In this document: piece by piece, positions 28,445-37,713 of the stretch | Layout of the letters: each line of letters opens with the position of its first letter | How positions within the stretch are numbered: the stretch's first letter is position 1 | Source: Bacteroidota bacterium | GTDB lineage: Bacteria; Bacteroidota; Bacteroidia; Bacteroidales; WCHB1-69 | Assembly: GCA_023392945.1 (NCBI GenBank) | Contig: JAEWNB010000069.1 | Location: forward strand, 3,375 to 67,374 | DNA: 64,000 bases | Direction of reading: 5' to 3' | Notes under the pieces: generated by a model | Database searches by the model: none | What the model was told of the DNA's origin: nothing | The model's input: the letters and a program-made list of their open reading frames with translations, nothing else | Made by a program: the position numbers and the translations under genes

Positions 28445-29350
28445 TTATTTTGAGAAAATTGCAGCAACAGCAATAGAAAAAAGTTTAGTCTTAGAACTGT
28501 CTCCTCTTGAAGAAAGCACACAAGGCACTTTAGCTCCGGCAAGGATAGCTCCTACTTCAGCATGATTAAATTTGGTACAACATTTATAGAATACATTTCC
28601 ACTTTCGATATTAGGGAATAGCAAACAATCGGCATCTCCGACAACTGCTCCGGAAAAACGTTTAATTTTAGCAGTCTCTTCGTCCAAAGCTAAATCTAAA
28701 GAAAGGGGGCCTTCAATTAAAGCATCCCCAAACTGACCTCTTTCAGCCATTTTAGCAATAATAGCAGCATCAACACAAGACTGCATGCCGGGAGAAATTT
28801 GCTCCGTTGCAGCAATTATAGCTACTTTGGGAATATCAATTCCTATAGACTTTGCAGTTTTCAACAAATAGGATAAAATAGAAATTTTTTGTTTTAAATC
28901 TGGAGCTGGAATAATAGCACAGTCGCTAACTATCAGCAATTTATGGTATTCCGGATTTTCAATAACTGCAATATGAGAAAGCAACGTGTTAGGGGGACAA
29001 AGTCCGCGTTCCTTATGTAGTATTGCCTTCATGTATTTATCTGTTGACAACAAACCCTTCATAAGAATATCACCTTCTCCTTGATTAATCAGGTCGCATG
29101 CTTTTGTGGCAGCTTTTACATCGTTAGATTCTTGTACAATTCTAAATTTTGAACTGTCAATGTGCAAATCATGGCACACCTGATTAATGGTTTCTTCATC
29201 TCCCACCAAAGTTGCTTCCACAATACCCATATCAACAGCAGCATTCACTGCCTCAATAGTATGTTCATCATTTGCATAAGCAGCAACCAATCTTTTTTTC
29301 GGTTTAGTAGTTACTAATTCAACTACCTGATTTAATGTTTTTATATTCAT
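28445..29350 (-). CDS. Phosphate butyryltransferase / phosphate acyltransferase (Pta-Ptb family)
   Basis: 301 aa with VAAYANDEHTIEAV...ILMKGLLSTDKYMKAIL...ISPGMQSCVDAAI...DADCLLFPNIESGNVFYK, typical of Ptb. Confidence 0.85.
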   Translation of the reverse strand: MNIKTLNQVVELVTTKPKKRLVAAYANDEHTIEAVNAAVDMGIVEATLVGDEETINQVCHDLHIDSSKFRIVQESNDVKAATKACDLINQGEGDILMKGLLSTDKYMKAILHKERGLCPPNTLLSHIAVIENPEYHKLLIVSDCAIIPAPDLKQKISILSYLLKTAKSIGIDIPKVAIIAATEQISPGMQSCVDAAIIAKMAERGQFGDALIEGPLSLDLALDEETAKIKRFSGAVVGDADCLLFPNIESGNVFYKCCTKFNHAEVGAILAGAKVPCVLSSRGDSSKTKLFSIAVAAIFSK

Positions 29351-29367
29351 TATTTTATAATTTATAT

Positions 29368-30639
29368 TTATTTTGAATAATAATCAAAAACTTCCAATAA
29401 TGTTTTAGTACAAACAGGACAAAATTTATTATAAACTGCATCTTTCATGGTACAGGATCTGAAAGGACGATATACTCCATCCGCCACATAGCCGCCACCT
29501 TCAAAAACACCCAAAACATTGTCATATTCAATACTATCCGGTGTTGGGACAGGGGTTGACGGAGCCAACATGTTTTTCCACTTAGCATCAAAATTAACCA
29601 AAGTGGTTAAATTTGGATCCGTCGGCTCAATTCCTTCAGGATAAAAATCTCTGACAGAAACCTCTGAAGTATAATATTCATCCCCAAGGCCTCCGATAGT
29701 ATGTCCTAATTCATGCACAATCACATAAGCAGATCTTTCATGAATATTATTTACTGTACAATAGAAATTATAAATACCGCCTCCGCCATACTTAGTAGAA
29801 TTACAAATTATAACAATTATATCGTAGGGAGCGTCATCAGCAATTTCATTCATTTTCCATACATTCAAACACATAAGATAACGATCTAAATCCAATGAGT
29901 TGTAACTTGAATTCAGCAAAGTTTTTTTAGTAATATTTTCATTGGGATTGGTAATTCCTGATTCCTGGGAAAAACCTCGAATAGCTCTTATATTAACTCT
30001 ATTTTTATTTTCTGAATAAGGCGAACAATTCAAAATATAATCGGCAAACCGTTTCATGTCATTATTAAGCATTTTTTTGTCACTCAGGGCATATCCATCA
30101 GGAATAAAAAGTATGTCAAGACAATCTTCCGGCTTTCCGCCAACATGAAGATTCAATACTCCAAACTCCTTATTAAAAGGAATATCCTTCTCCTTTTTGG
30201 GGTTAAAATAACCCTCAAAAAGATGGGTAGCTACTTTTTTTCTCGAATAAGAAGTAAAAGAAAATCTCACAGAATTTTTAGGAAAAGGCATGGATACACA
30301 CTCTTCAAAAGAGCCAATTTCCTTCTCTGCTCTTTCTGTAGTTCTGTATTCATCAAAAAGAGTAGAATAGCTACGACTGAAAATTAATTGGTTAGAAACG
30401 GAATCAAAGACTTCAAAAAGAATATTTCCATAGCGATTGGGTTCATTTAAAAAAGAGCGGGTACCATTCCATTCGCCTCCGGAATAAAAATCCTTAATTT
30501 CAATTTTCTCAATATCGTTTTTCCCAATATGCGAATAATTGATTCTGAGTGTTTTGTTTTCAAAATATTGATCAAAGCATTGAGCTTGAAGCATCCCTGA
30601 CAAAAAAAGAAAAGAAAGAAAGAAAATTATCTTTTTCAT
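29368..30639 (-). CDS. M64-family (IgA-peptidase-like) zinc metallopeptidase
   Basis: 423 aa with a signal peptide. The HExxH site is in YVIVHELGHTIGGLGDEY, with a C-terminal CPVC. Confidence 0.85.
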   Translation of the reverse strand: MKKIIFFLSFLFLSGMLQAQCFDQYFENKTLRINYSHIGKNDIEKIEIKDFYSGGEWNGTRSFLNEPNRYGNILFEVFDSVSNQLIFSRSYSTLFDEYRTTERAEKEIGSFEECVSMPFPKNSVRFSFTSYSRKKVATHLFEGYFNPKKEKDIPFNKEFGVLNLHVGGKPEDCLDILFIPDGYALSDKKMLNNDMKRFADYILNCSPYSENKNRVNIRAIRGFSQESGITNPNENITKKTLLNSSYNSLDLDRYLMCLNVWKMNEIADDAPYDIIVIICNSTKYGGGGIYNFYCTVNNIHERSAYVIVHELGHTIGGLGDEYYTSEVSVRDFYPEGIEPTDPNLTTLVNFDAKWKNMLAPSTPVPTPDSIEYDNVLGVFEGGGYVADGVYRPFRSCTMKDAVYNKFCPVCTKTLLEVFDYYSK

Positions 30640-30641
30640 TA

Positions 30642-32519
30642 TTATAAATTGAATTGGTTGATTTTATATAAAATAGAAGGTTCTTTAAAATATATATCTT
30701 TACGGTACTGAACATCCCCGTTTTTACCTAAGAAACAAGTAAAATATTCCAAATAAACCGGCATTTTATTTTGCATTTGGATATAGGTAGGTCTTAATTC
30801 CTGATAAAAAAGCTTATCTTGTTCACTTAATTCTTCATAGTATTTTTTCTCATTTTCAAGTTTCTCTTTAAGAAATTTTTCTCCTTCTTCGGTAGATGGA
30901 ATATCTCCCAAAAGAATTTTCACTTGTTCCAATTGTTCTTCATCATATTCATTATAGTCAAAAATCTGAAGTCCTAAATCAAGGGGTTTTTCAACTCTGA
31001 CACAACCGTGTGTAATGGCACGATTAGCCTTTTTAAAGGCACTTTTTATTGGCGTATCGTGAAGATAAACCGATTCGCTGTTTGGAAAATTAAATTTGAT
31101 AATCCCTAAAGAATTATGCTTACCCGAAGTCTGAACAAGTCGATAGGGAATTCTATTTAGATCCATTTTAGCCCATTTTATAGAATCCGGACTTACCGGT
31201 TTTTTAGTCAGTATATCGATAACAAACATTTTTTCCTTGTTCAAAAATTGCTTGCTGTTTTTTACAAGTTTAGAATAATATTCGCCTTTCAAAATGCTTT
31301 CGGGGACAAACCACTGTGGATTAAGAACAACTTGGTCAATTTCACTGTACAGCATAGGTGACTCTGTTTTGTAGGAGCAAATAATTCCATCAACAGTGCG
31401 GGATTTAACTGAATCAATTTTAGAAAGCGTTTCCCCGCAACAAATTTTCATTTCTAAAACAGATTCTTGATGCCGAATCACTTGCAAAGAAAAGTCCGCA
31501 AGGTTAACAGCAATATAGGAAGTATCTTTCGGGGGAATCACTTTCCAGCGATAACGTTCCAGATTTGCAGTAAGTTTATCTGTATAATATTGAAAATCAC
31601 GATTTAGTGCTCTTATTGTTTCAACATCCAATAGATTTTTTTCTTCAATAGCGTTATTAGTCCTGAAACGATTTATAGCAGAAAGCAAAACCGCATTCAA
31701 AGTATCCGATAATTTATAATTAGCTTGAAGTTCCCCGGTAAGTTGCAATCTCCGGCCAACAAGAATCATAGCTTTGTTTACTTTTCCTGAATCAACAGAA
31801 ATCTCGGGAATTTTTTTAAATTTCACTTCTTTGATTCTCAGGTATTTCTTCAGCTCTTTTTGCAGTGCTTTGTAATGTTTATTCGTTGGTTGAATAGAAT
31901 AAAGGTAACCTGAAAGAGTATCAGATGCCCAAAGTGAATTTAAAACAGAAGAGGAATCTGCAGATTTGGATTTATAAAACCATTTTCCTCCATTAACTTC
32001 ATAGGGATCGCAAATTCCATACTGTATAACTGAAGAATACTTTACATATGCTTTAGTAAGTAGGACTTCAAGCCTAAAAAGAGATTCATAAAGTTCTTTT
32101 TCATTTTTACATTGTAAAGATTTAATCTTTTCTATTTCATTTATAATATAAGAATAGGAAAAAATTTCCTTAGGAAGACCATGATAACGAACGTTATCGA
32201 GATAAGAGACCATGAGAGCAATATGATTTTCCTGATAACCTTCAACTGTCCAAAGTGGCTTAAATTTATTGTATTCATAAAACTCTTTGATTTGATTGAA
32301 ATATTGGAAATCGGCAACTTTCAAATCTTTTAGGTGAGTTTTAAAATAGTGATAATAATTATCCTGAGAAAAAAAGGAATAATTTTTAAACCAATGGGGA
32401 GTCTCTTCAATTTCTTTTTTACTAAAATTACAAGAGTCGAGAAAGAAAATCACAGAAAACAATACAAGAATAATGCTAAATAAATATTTTTTGATCATTC
32501 TTGTAGTAGTAAAATTCAT
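30642..32519 (-). CDS. L,D-transpeptidase (YkuD/YcbB-like) with an N-terminal peptidoglycan-binding-like region
   Basis: 625 aa with an N-terminal TM or signal segment. The catalytic motif is YLHDTP...AITHGCVRVEKP. Confidence 0.88.
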   Translation of the reverse strand: MNFTTTRMIKKYLFSIILVLFSVIFFLDSCNFSKKEIEETPHWFKNYSFFSQDNYYHYFKTHLKDLKVADFQYFNQIKEFYEYNKFKPLWTVEGYQENHIALMVSYLDNVRYHGLPKEIFSYSYIINEIEKIKSLQCKNEKELYESLFRLEVLLTKAYVKYSSVIQYGICDPYEVNGGKWFYKSKSADSSSVLNSLWASDTLSGYLYSIQPTNKHYKALQKELKKYLRIKEVKFKKIPEISVDSGKVNKAMILVGRRLQLTGELQANYKLSDTLNAVLLSAINRFRTNNAIEEKNLLDVETIRALNRDFQYYTDKLTANLERYRWKVIPPKDTSYIAVNLADFSLQVIRHQESVLEMKICCGETLSKIDSVKSRTVDGIICSYKTESPMLYSEIDQVVLNPQWFVPESILKGEYYSKLVKNSKQFLNKEKMFVIDILTKKPVSPDSIKWAKMDLNRIPYRLVQTSGKHNSLGIIKFNFPNSESVYLHDTPIKSAFKKANRAITHGCVRVEKPLDLGLQIFDYNEYDEEQLEQVKILLGDIPSTEEGEKFLKEKLENEKKYYEELSEQDKLFYQELRPTYIQMQNKMPVYLEYFTCFLGKNGDVQYRKDIYFKEPSILYKINQFNL

Positions 32520-32579
32520 AATAATAAAGCAAACATTGTATTAAACGCCCTATTTTGTAATGGTTTTCAACTTAACACA

Positions 32580-33893
32580 TCAAGAATGGTTTTCATGGAA
32601 AATTTCCAATCTGCTTTTCAGAGCAGGAAATTGATTTCTATTCACAAGAGAGACACAAGCACGTAAACCTTCGGTATGTTCACTACCGGTTATGACGAGT
32701 GAAATTGCACTAATTCCATAGTAGAGAAGTTCTTTCAGCAGTTCTTCCCCATCTAGTCCGGGATATGAGATAGTAAAATAAAAACCATCAGCCAAAGCTT
32801 TGTTGTCATCTTTATCATACACGATAACAAAACCATTATCGGTAAACATTTTTTTCATTATGGCTGCTTTTTCAGCATATTCTTTTACATCGTCCAAATA
32901 ATTATAGGATCCATCATTACAAGCTTTTAGAATAGCTGCAAGTGCATATTGTGCCGAATGTGAAGTTCCGGAACTAATAGCATAAACGGCTCCATAAATG
33001 ATTGCCCGTCCCAGGTGATCAGTATTAAAGTAAGGAATTAAATCCGGGAAACGGCTTTCACACAATTTGTCAGAAAGAACCAGCACTCCCATACGCTCTC
33101 CGGCATAGCTAAAGGCTTTAGAACTGGAAATTAGCAGAGCATAATTATCTGTATATTTTCCCACACTTGGTTGAAAAGGTGGTTGACCAGGAACAGAAAT
33201 ATCATTTCTGAAATCCATTCCGAAATAGGCCAAATCTTCGAAAATGATAACGTCGTATTGGTTAGCTAATTCTCCGATTATCTTTAATTCTTGTTGTGTA
33301 AGGCAAATCCAAGACGGGTTGTTGGGATTAGAATAAATAATAGTATGAATATTGCCTTTTTTCAGATAGCTTTCCAATTTCCCTCTTAATTTTTCCTGAC
33401 GATAATTATAAACATCAAAAGTTTCATATTTCAATCCCAACACACGATGTTGTTGTTTTTGAACCGGGAAGCCGGGATCAATAAAGAGTGTGGTATCTCT
33501 TTCTTTCCTTGCTCTTCCAAACGTCATAAATCCGGCCATCCCCCCCATCATAGATCCCACAGTCGGGATGCAGGATGATGGAGAAACGTCAAGGTCAATA
33601 AAATTTTTCACAAATCGAGACATTTCAATTTTAAGTTCAGGAATCCCTTCAATGTCAGGGTAAAGAGCAGCAACACCATTCTTTAGAGCATTAATCTGAG
33701 CTTCAATCCCAATTTGGCAAGCAGGAAGACCGGGAATTCCCATTTCCATCCTGATAAACTTTTCACCACTCGCTTTTTCAATATCATTGATGAGTTTTTT
33801 TACTTCTCTGATGGAAGCTGTTTCAATTTTTTTAATGGTGCTTTCATTCAGAATTTTGTTTACAATGTCGTAAGGTATAGGGGTATTTTTCAC
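32580..33893 (-). CDS. PLP-dependent aminotransferase, class I/II
   Basis: 437 aa with IYSNPNNPSW, FEDLAYFGMDF and the PLP-lysine context LLISSSKAFSYAGERMG. Confidence 0.88.
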   Translation of the reverse strand: MKNTPIPYDIVNKILNESTIKKIETASIREVKKLINDIEKASGEKFIRMEMGIPGLPACQIGIEAQINALKNGVAALYPDIEGIPELKIEMSRFVKNFIDLDVSPSSCIPTVGSMMGGMAGFMTFGRARKERDTTLFIDPGFPVQKQQHRVLGLKYETFDVYNYRQEKLRGKLESYLKKGNIHTIIYSNPNNPSWICLTQQELKIIGELANQYDVIIFEDLAYFGMDFRNDISVPGQPPFQPSVGKYTDNYALLISSSKAFSYAGERMGVLVLSDKLCESRFPDLIPYFNTDHLGRAIIYGAVYAISSGTSHSAQYALAAILKACNDGSYNYLDDVKEYAEKAAIMKKMFTDNGFVIVYDKDDNKALADGFYFTISYPGLDGEELLKELLYYGISAISLVITGSEHTEGLRACVSLVNRNQFPALKSRLEIFHENHS

Positions 33894-33949
33894 GATAATA
33901 ATAAGGTTTATAATATTTTAAAAAAAAGAATTAACGAAATTTTATTTTG

Positions 33950-33957
33950 CAAATATA
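33950..33957 (-). promoter_or_regulatory. -7 box for the aminotransferase-led minus-strand gene string
   Basis: The minus strand reads TATATTTG, 56 nt upstream of the ATG at 33893. Confidence 0.4.
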
Positions 33958-34013
33958 ATAAATTAATATATATAGATTGCAATTTGAATGTGGGAAAAAA
34001 TAAAGCACAAGAG

Positions 34014-34048
34014 ATAAAAAAAGGAGATTTCAACAATCTCCTTTTTTT
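34014..34048 (-). terminator. Intrinsic terminator after the low-complexity lipoprotein gene
   Basis: The minus strand reads AAGGAGAT-TGTTGAA-ATCTCCTT followed by T7, about 20 nt after the stop at 34067. Confidence 0.75.
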
Positions 34049-34066
34049 TATCTATAAATGGAAATT

Positions 34067-34390
34067 TTACCTTCTACCTGTTTTAACTGGTTTTTCAGGA
34101 GCGGTTGCCGGAGCAGTAGCTTCAACTTCAATTTTTTTTGATGCAACAGTAACTTTTCCATCTTTTGCTTCAACTTTAACAGCTTTTGGAGCTTCGGGTT
34201 TAGCTTCAGGTTTTGAAACAGCAGGTTTTGTCTCAGGAGCAGGAGTAGCAACTGCTACAGGAGGTACTGACTCAACAACTGCTTCAACAGCGGTTGAGTC
34301 AATGGGAGTAACTTCAACAGGTTGTTCTTTTTTATTGCCACAAGCAACAAATAAACCGGCAGCTAATAATACTAGAAATAATTTTTTCAT
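34067..34390 (-). CDS. Low-complexity Pro/Ala/Glu/Lys-rich lipoprotein
   Basis: 107 aa with a lipobox (LLAAGLFVACGNKK), then PAPETKPAVSKPEAKPEAPKAVKVEAK. The competing ORFs at 33714..34406(+) and 34048..34251(-) are alternative-frame artefacts of the repetitive sequence. Confidence 0.7.
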   Translation of the reverse strand: MKKLFLVLLAAGLFVACGNKKEQPVEVTPIDSTAVEAVVESVPPVAVATPAPETKPAVSKPEAKPEAPKAVKVEAKDGKVTVASKKIEVEATAPATAPEKPVKTGRR

Positions 34391-34423
34391 AATTAATTTG
34401 ATTTAAGGTGTTTATTATTAAAA

Positions 34424-34921
34424 CTAATTGCGCGTATAGGTAAGGGTAAATGTATAATTTCTTTGTTCCTTTGCCGGATTAGCGTCATCTTCAATAAAAG
34501 AATAATTGATTTTAAGTGTATTTTTATCTAAGGTAACGATATCAACAGTTTCAACTTCGGAATCATAGAAAAAGGGAATTTGCATATTCAATTTGGTTTC
34601 ATCTTCATTGAATGACCAAACACCGATAGCTGTAGTTTCGGTATAACCCCCTTCACATAAATCATCTTTCGGATCCAGGGTTTGAGAACCATCTTCCTTA
34701 AAATAAATGATATCATCTAATTCACAATCATATAAATAACCGTCAAAAAGACTGGAAATTGAATTGCCGTTCAATAGCTCATAATCAGGTTGACTGGTTG
34801 CAGCGGTAAGAGTCCAACCCTTACTGGCAGTAAGATAAGAAGTATTGGTTTCATCTTTACAGGAAGATAAACCCACCACTAATACCACACAAAATGCAAT
34901 AAAAAAAAGGTTCTTTTTCAT
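34424..34921 (-). CDS. Small lipoprotein (lipocalin-like size), function unknown
   Basis: The internal ATG at 34921 gives MKKNLFFIAFCVVLVVGLSSCKD, a lipobox. The protein is about 165 aa. Confidence 0.65.
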   Translation of the reverse strand: MKKNLFFIAFCVVLVVGLSSCKDETNTSYLTASKGWTLTAATSQPDYELLNGNSISSLFDGYLYDCELDDIIYFKEDGSQTLDPKDDLCEGGYTETTAIGVWSFNEDETKLNMQIPFFYDSEVETVDIVTLDKNTLKINYSFIEDDANPAKEQRNYTFTLTYTRN

Positions 34922-34960
34922 AATAATCGTATTTAAATTAATAATCAAAATTAATTACTG

Positions 34961-34968
34961 CAAAATTA
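34961..34968 (-). promoter_or_regulatory. -7 box for the small lipoprotein gene
   Basis: The minus strand reads TAATTTTG, 39 nt upstream of the ATG at 34921. Confidence 0.35.
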
Positions 34969-35145
34969 CTAAAAAAAAAGATTATCAATTAGGGTAAATC
35001 ATAAATAATGTTAATTTGATTTTTTTGATTAATAAGAATAATAAACCCATTTATAATCAAGACAAAATCAGAAAACACAAAAAAATAGAAAAAAATAAAT
35101 TTATAAGAAAAAAAATTGTAATTTTACACGCTCAAAAAAAGGAGA

Positions 35146-35233
35146 GGAGAGATGGCCGAGTGGTCGAAGGCGCACGCCTGGAAAGTGTGTAAACGCCGAA
35201 AGCGTTTCAAGGGTTCGAATCCCTTTCTCTCCG
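35146..35233 (+). tRNA. tRNA-Ser (anticodon GGA)
   Basis: The cloverleaf was folded by hand. Acceptor GGAGAGA/TCTCTCC, D arm GCC-GAGTGGTCGAA-GGC, anticodon stem CACGC/GTGTG with loop CTGGAAA, long variable arm AACGC-CGAA-AGCGTT, T arm AAGGG-TTCGAAT-CCCTT, discriminator G. No CCA is encoded. Confidence 0.92.
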
Positions 35234-35319
35234 CGAGTTTAAATGGTTTAAATTCAAATAAATAGATAAAGTAAAAACAAAAAAAACAATTCATTAATTT
35301 AAAAATCAGTAAAGTAATT

Positions 35320-36141
35320 ATGAAAAAACTAATCGCTTTATTTACCGTGATAGGATTCTTAACCTTCGGTAATACAAATGCAACGTTTGCACAAAAAGAA
35401 CAAAAAGCCGACAATGCAACCAAAACAGAACAAGTTCAAGACTCAGTTTCAGCTGCAGCACCAGCCGAACAGGCTCAATTAGTTGAAGATGAAGACGAGA
35501 CCGCAGAACAAAGTTTACATTATGTTTTAAAGAATAAATTTATTGAAGGTGGTGCTATTTGGATGGCTCCAATCCTTATCAGTTTAATTTTGGGTTTGGC
35601 ATTAGTTATAGAGCGTATTTTCTATTTAAATTTTGCTTCTGTCAATTCTAGTAAACTTTTGAATAAAATTGAAGATGCTTTAAACAACGGTGGTGTTGAA
35701 AAAGCAAAACAACTTTGTGCTGATACCAAAGGACCTTTGGCATCTGTATTTTATGAAGCTTTTGACCATTATGATGAAGGCATGGAGTCAGTTGAAAAAG
35801 CCGTTGATTCTTATGGCGGCGTTCAATTGGGAAAATTAGAGGCTAATCTTAGCTGGATTTCATTATTTTTAGCTTTAGGACCAATGCTCGGGTTCTTGGG
35901 AACAGTTGTCGGAATGGTACAGGCATTTGATGCTATTGAAGCAGCCGGTGATATTTCTCCAACCATTGTTGCTGGCGGTATGAAAGTGGCTTTGATTACT
36001 ACAGTTTTCGGTTTGATTTCTGCCATTATCCTTCAGATTTTCTACAACTACATTTTATCCAAAATCGACACCATCACCAATGATATGGAAGATGCTACCA
36101 TTGGTTTTATGGATATTTTGGTTAAAAATAAAAACAAATAA
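35320..36141 (+). CDS. exbB: MotA/TolQ/ExbB-family proton channel protein with an N-terminal signal peptide and acidic extension
   Basis: 273 aa. The signal-like N-terminus is followed by an acidic region (AEQAQLVEDEDETAEQ) and three TM segments. The conserved C-terminal core is LALGPMLGFLGTVVGMVQAF...GMKVALITTVFGLISAI. Confidence 0.88.
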   Translation: MKKLIALFTVIGFLTFGNTNATFAQKEQKADNATKTEQVQDSVSAAAPAEQAQLVEDEDETAEQSLHYVLKNKFIEGGAIWMAPILISLILGLALVIERIFYLNFASVNSSKLLNKIEDALNNGGVEKAKQLCADTKGPLASVFYEAFDHYDEGMESVEKAVDSYGGVQLGKLEANLSWISLFLALGPMLGFLGTVVGMVQAFDAIEAAGDISPTIVAGGMKVALITTVFGLISAIILQIFYNYILSKIDTITNDMEDATIGFMDILVKNKNK

Positions 36142-36183
36142 TTTTGAGATTTCTCAATTCTTAACCTCTACATTAAATATAAT

Positions 36184-37131
36184 ATGAGTAAGAAAATAAT
36201 TAATATAATAATTTTTACGGTCGCCGCTATCGCTTGTGCTCTTGGGCTTTGGTTTGCCATATTTTTCAATAATGACACCCAGGATTTATATGACGAGGTT
36301 GGCGTTTTAAAATCAAACAATGCTGAGATGTTGGTTGATTTAGAATCCGTAACCCTTGATAAACTCCCCACTTTCATTGAAAAATATCAAAAAGTGACTG
36401 ACTCCTTTAATGTTGCATCAAAAGAGGTGCAACTCCAAAAAGATATTCTTTATACCTATATTTCAAACTTAGATGAATTAACAGAGGTCTCTTTTCCTGA
36501 ATTTCAGAAAGGTTTTGACTCCTATTCGACTCTGTTATTTGCAAAAAGCAATAATGCAAAAAAATATACCGATGGTTTCAAGTCGGTTGCCGATTTTCCT
36601 TCATTAGAAGGCTATATTGATCAACTTAATGGAGAATATGCCGTTGTCAAACAGGATTATTTATTGAACAAAGAGTATGTTAAATCAATGAATAATATGG
36701 TAAAACGTGTTTCTGATATCAATGAAATAGTTTCCGAAAGTAAAAAAGTGAGTGAATTTTCCACTCTACAAAGTGATATTAAATCTTCTAAGTCTGAAAA
36801 TAGTATTTTTACTGTGTCTATCTTTCTTTTTTACATAATCTTTGCATTCTCAATTATTCTTGTTATTTCATTCTCTTTGTATCATATTGTTGTTAACATC
36901 AAATCATCATACAAAGCGTTAATGGGAGTTGGAGCAATTGTTATTGCCCTTATCATTGGATTTTTTATTGCCAGTCCTGATCTCACCCCCGTTGCCATAA
37001 AAGTTGGTATTGCTTCTGGTGCTGCCAGATGGGTAGAAGCCGGTATATATACATTTTACTTTGTATTCCTTGCAGCATTAGCATCCATTGTTTTCACATT
37101 AGTTATGAATGCAGTAAAAAAAATAAAATAA
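36184..37131 (+). CDS. Hypothetical four-TM membrane protein embedded in the exbB-exbD cluster
   Basis: 315 aa with an N-terminal TM helix (IINIIIFTVAAIACALGLWFAIFF), about 185 aa predicted to be helical and soluble, then three C-terminal TM helices. I recognised no motif. Confidence 0.6.
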   Translation: MSKKIINIIIFTVAAIACALGLWFAIFFNNDTQDLYDEVGVLKSNNAEMLVDLESVTLDKLPTFIEKYQKVTDSFNVASKEVQLQKDILYTYISNLDELTEVSFPEFQKGFDSYSTLLFAKSNNAKKYTDGFKSVADFPSLEGYIDQLNGEYAVVKQDYLLNKEYVKSMNNMVKRVSDINEIVSESKKVSEFSTLQSDIKSSKSENSIFTVSIFLFYIIFAFSIILVISFSLYHIVVNIKSSYKALMGVGAIVIALIIGFFIASPDLTPVAIKVGIASGAARWVEAGIYTFYFVFLAALASIVFTLVMNAVKKIK

Positions 37132-37132
37132 A

Positions 37133-37711
37133 ATGGCTAGAAGAGCTCCCTCAATAAACACAGGTTCAATGGCGGATATTTCATTTCTGCTTTTGTCATT
37201 TTTTCTTATGGTCTCATCCATCAATACTGAGCAAGGTATTCCTCGAAGATTACCTCCTCCAAAAGATGAAAAGGCTACCGAGCAAAAAGTTGATATTAAC
37301 AGACGTAATGTCTTGAGTGTACTTGTAAATTTTAACGATGAACTTTTGGTTAACGGTGAAGAGATTCAGATTTCTCAACTTAAAGAGAAAGCTATGGAAT
37401 TTTTGGAAAACCCTACTAATTCTGCTTCTTTACCTGAAAAGAAAATAAAAGAAATTAACTTTCTGGGAGACTATCCTGTCTCCGAAGGGGTAATCTCTCT
37501 TACAAATGACCAAAGTACCAGTTATGATATGTATGTTCAAGTTCAAAATGAACTTCAGAAAGCAGTAAACGAACTAAGGGATAAAGTATCTTCTTCCTAT
37601 TTTGGAAAGAAATATGAAAACCTTGATACTGCTTTTCAGAATTCAATTCAAAAAGCGGTTCCTATGAACATTTCTGAAGCACCACCTATCGATTACAATA
37701 AAACAGAATAG
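37133..37711 (+). CDS. exbD: ExbD/TolR-family biopolymer transport protein (copy 1)
   Basis: 192 aa with INTGSMADISFLLLSFFLMVS, the conserved Asp-containing TM helix. It starts 1 nt after the previous gene. Confidence 0.85.
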   Translation: MARRAPSINTGSMADISFLLLSFFLMVSSINTEQGIPRRLPPPKDEKATEQKVDINRRNVLSVLVNFNDELLVNGEEIQISQLKEKAMEFLENPTNSASLPEKKIKEINFLGDYPVSEGVISLTNDQSTSYDMYVQVQNELQKAVNELRDKVSSSYFGKKYENLDTAFQNSIQKAVPMNISEAPPIDYNKTE

Positions 37712-37713
37712 TT

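Noticed and set aside
28438-28542. N-terminal 35-codon extension of the 27166 gene
   Set aside because: It would overlap the ptb coding end by about 100 nt and bury the signal peptide. The internal ATG at 28437 gives a canonical exported N-terminus.
33714-34406. 230-aa plus-strand ORF, and a 67-aa minus-strand ORF at 34048..34251
   Set aside because: They run antisense to, or out of frame with, the aminotransferase start and the Pro/Ala/Lys-rich lipoprotein gene. Their translations are repetitive and low-complexity, with no start context.
35124-35423. 99-aa minus-strand ORF
   Set aside because: It overlaps the hand-folded tRNA-Ser(GGA) and the start of exbB. It is not credible as a gene.
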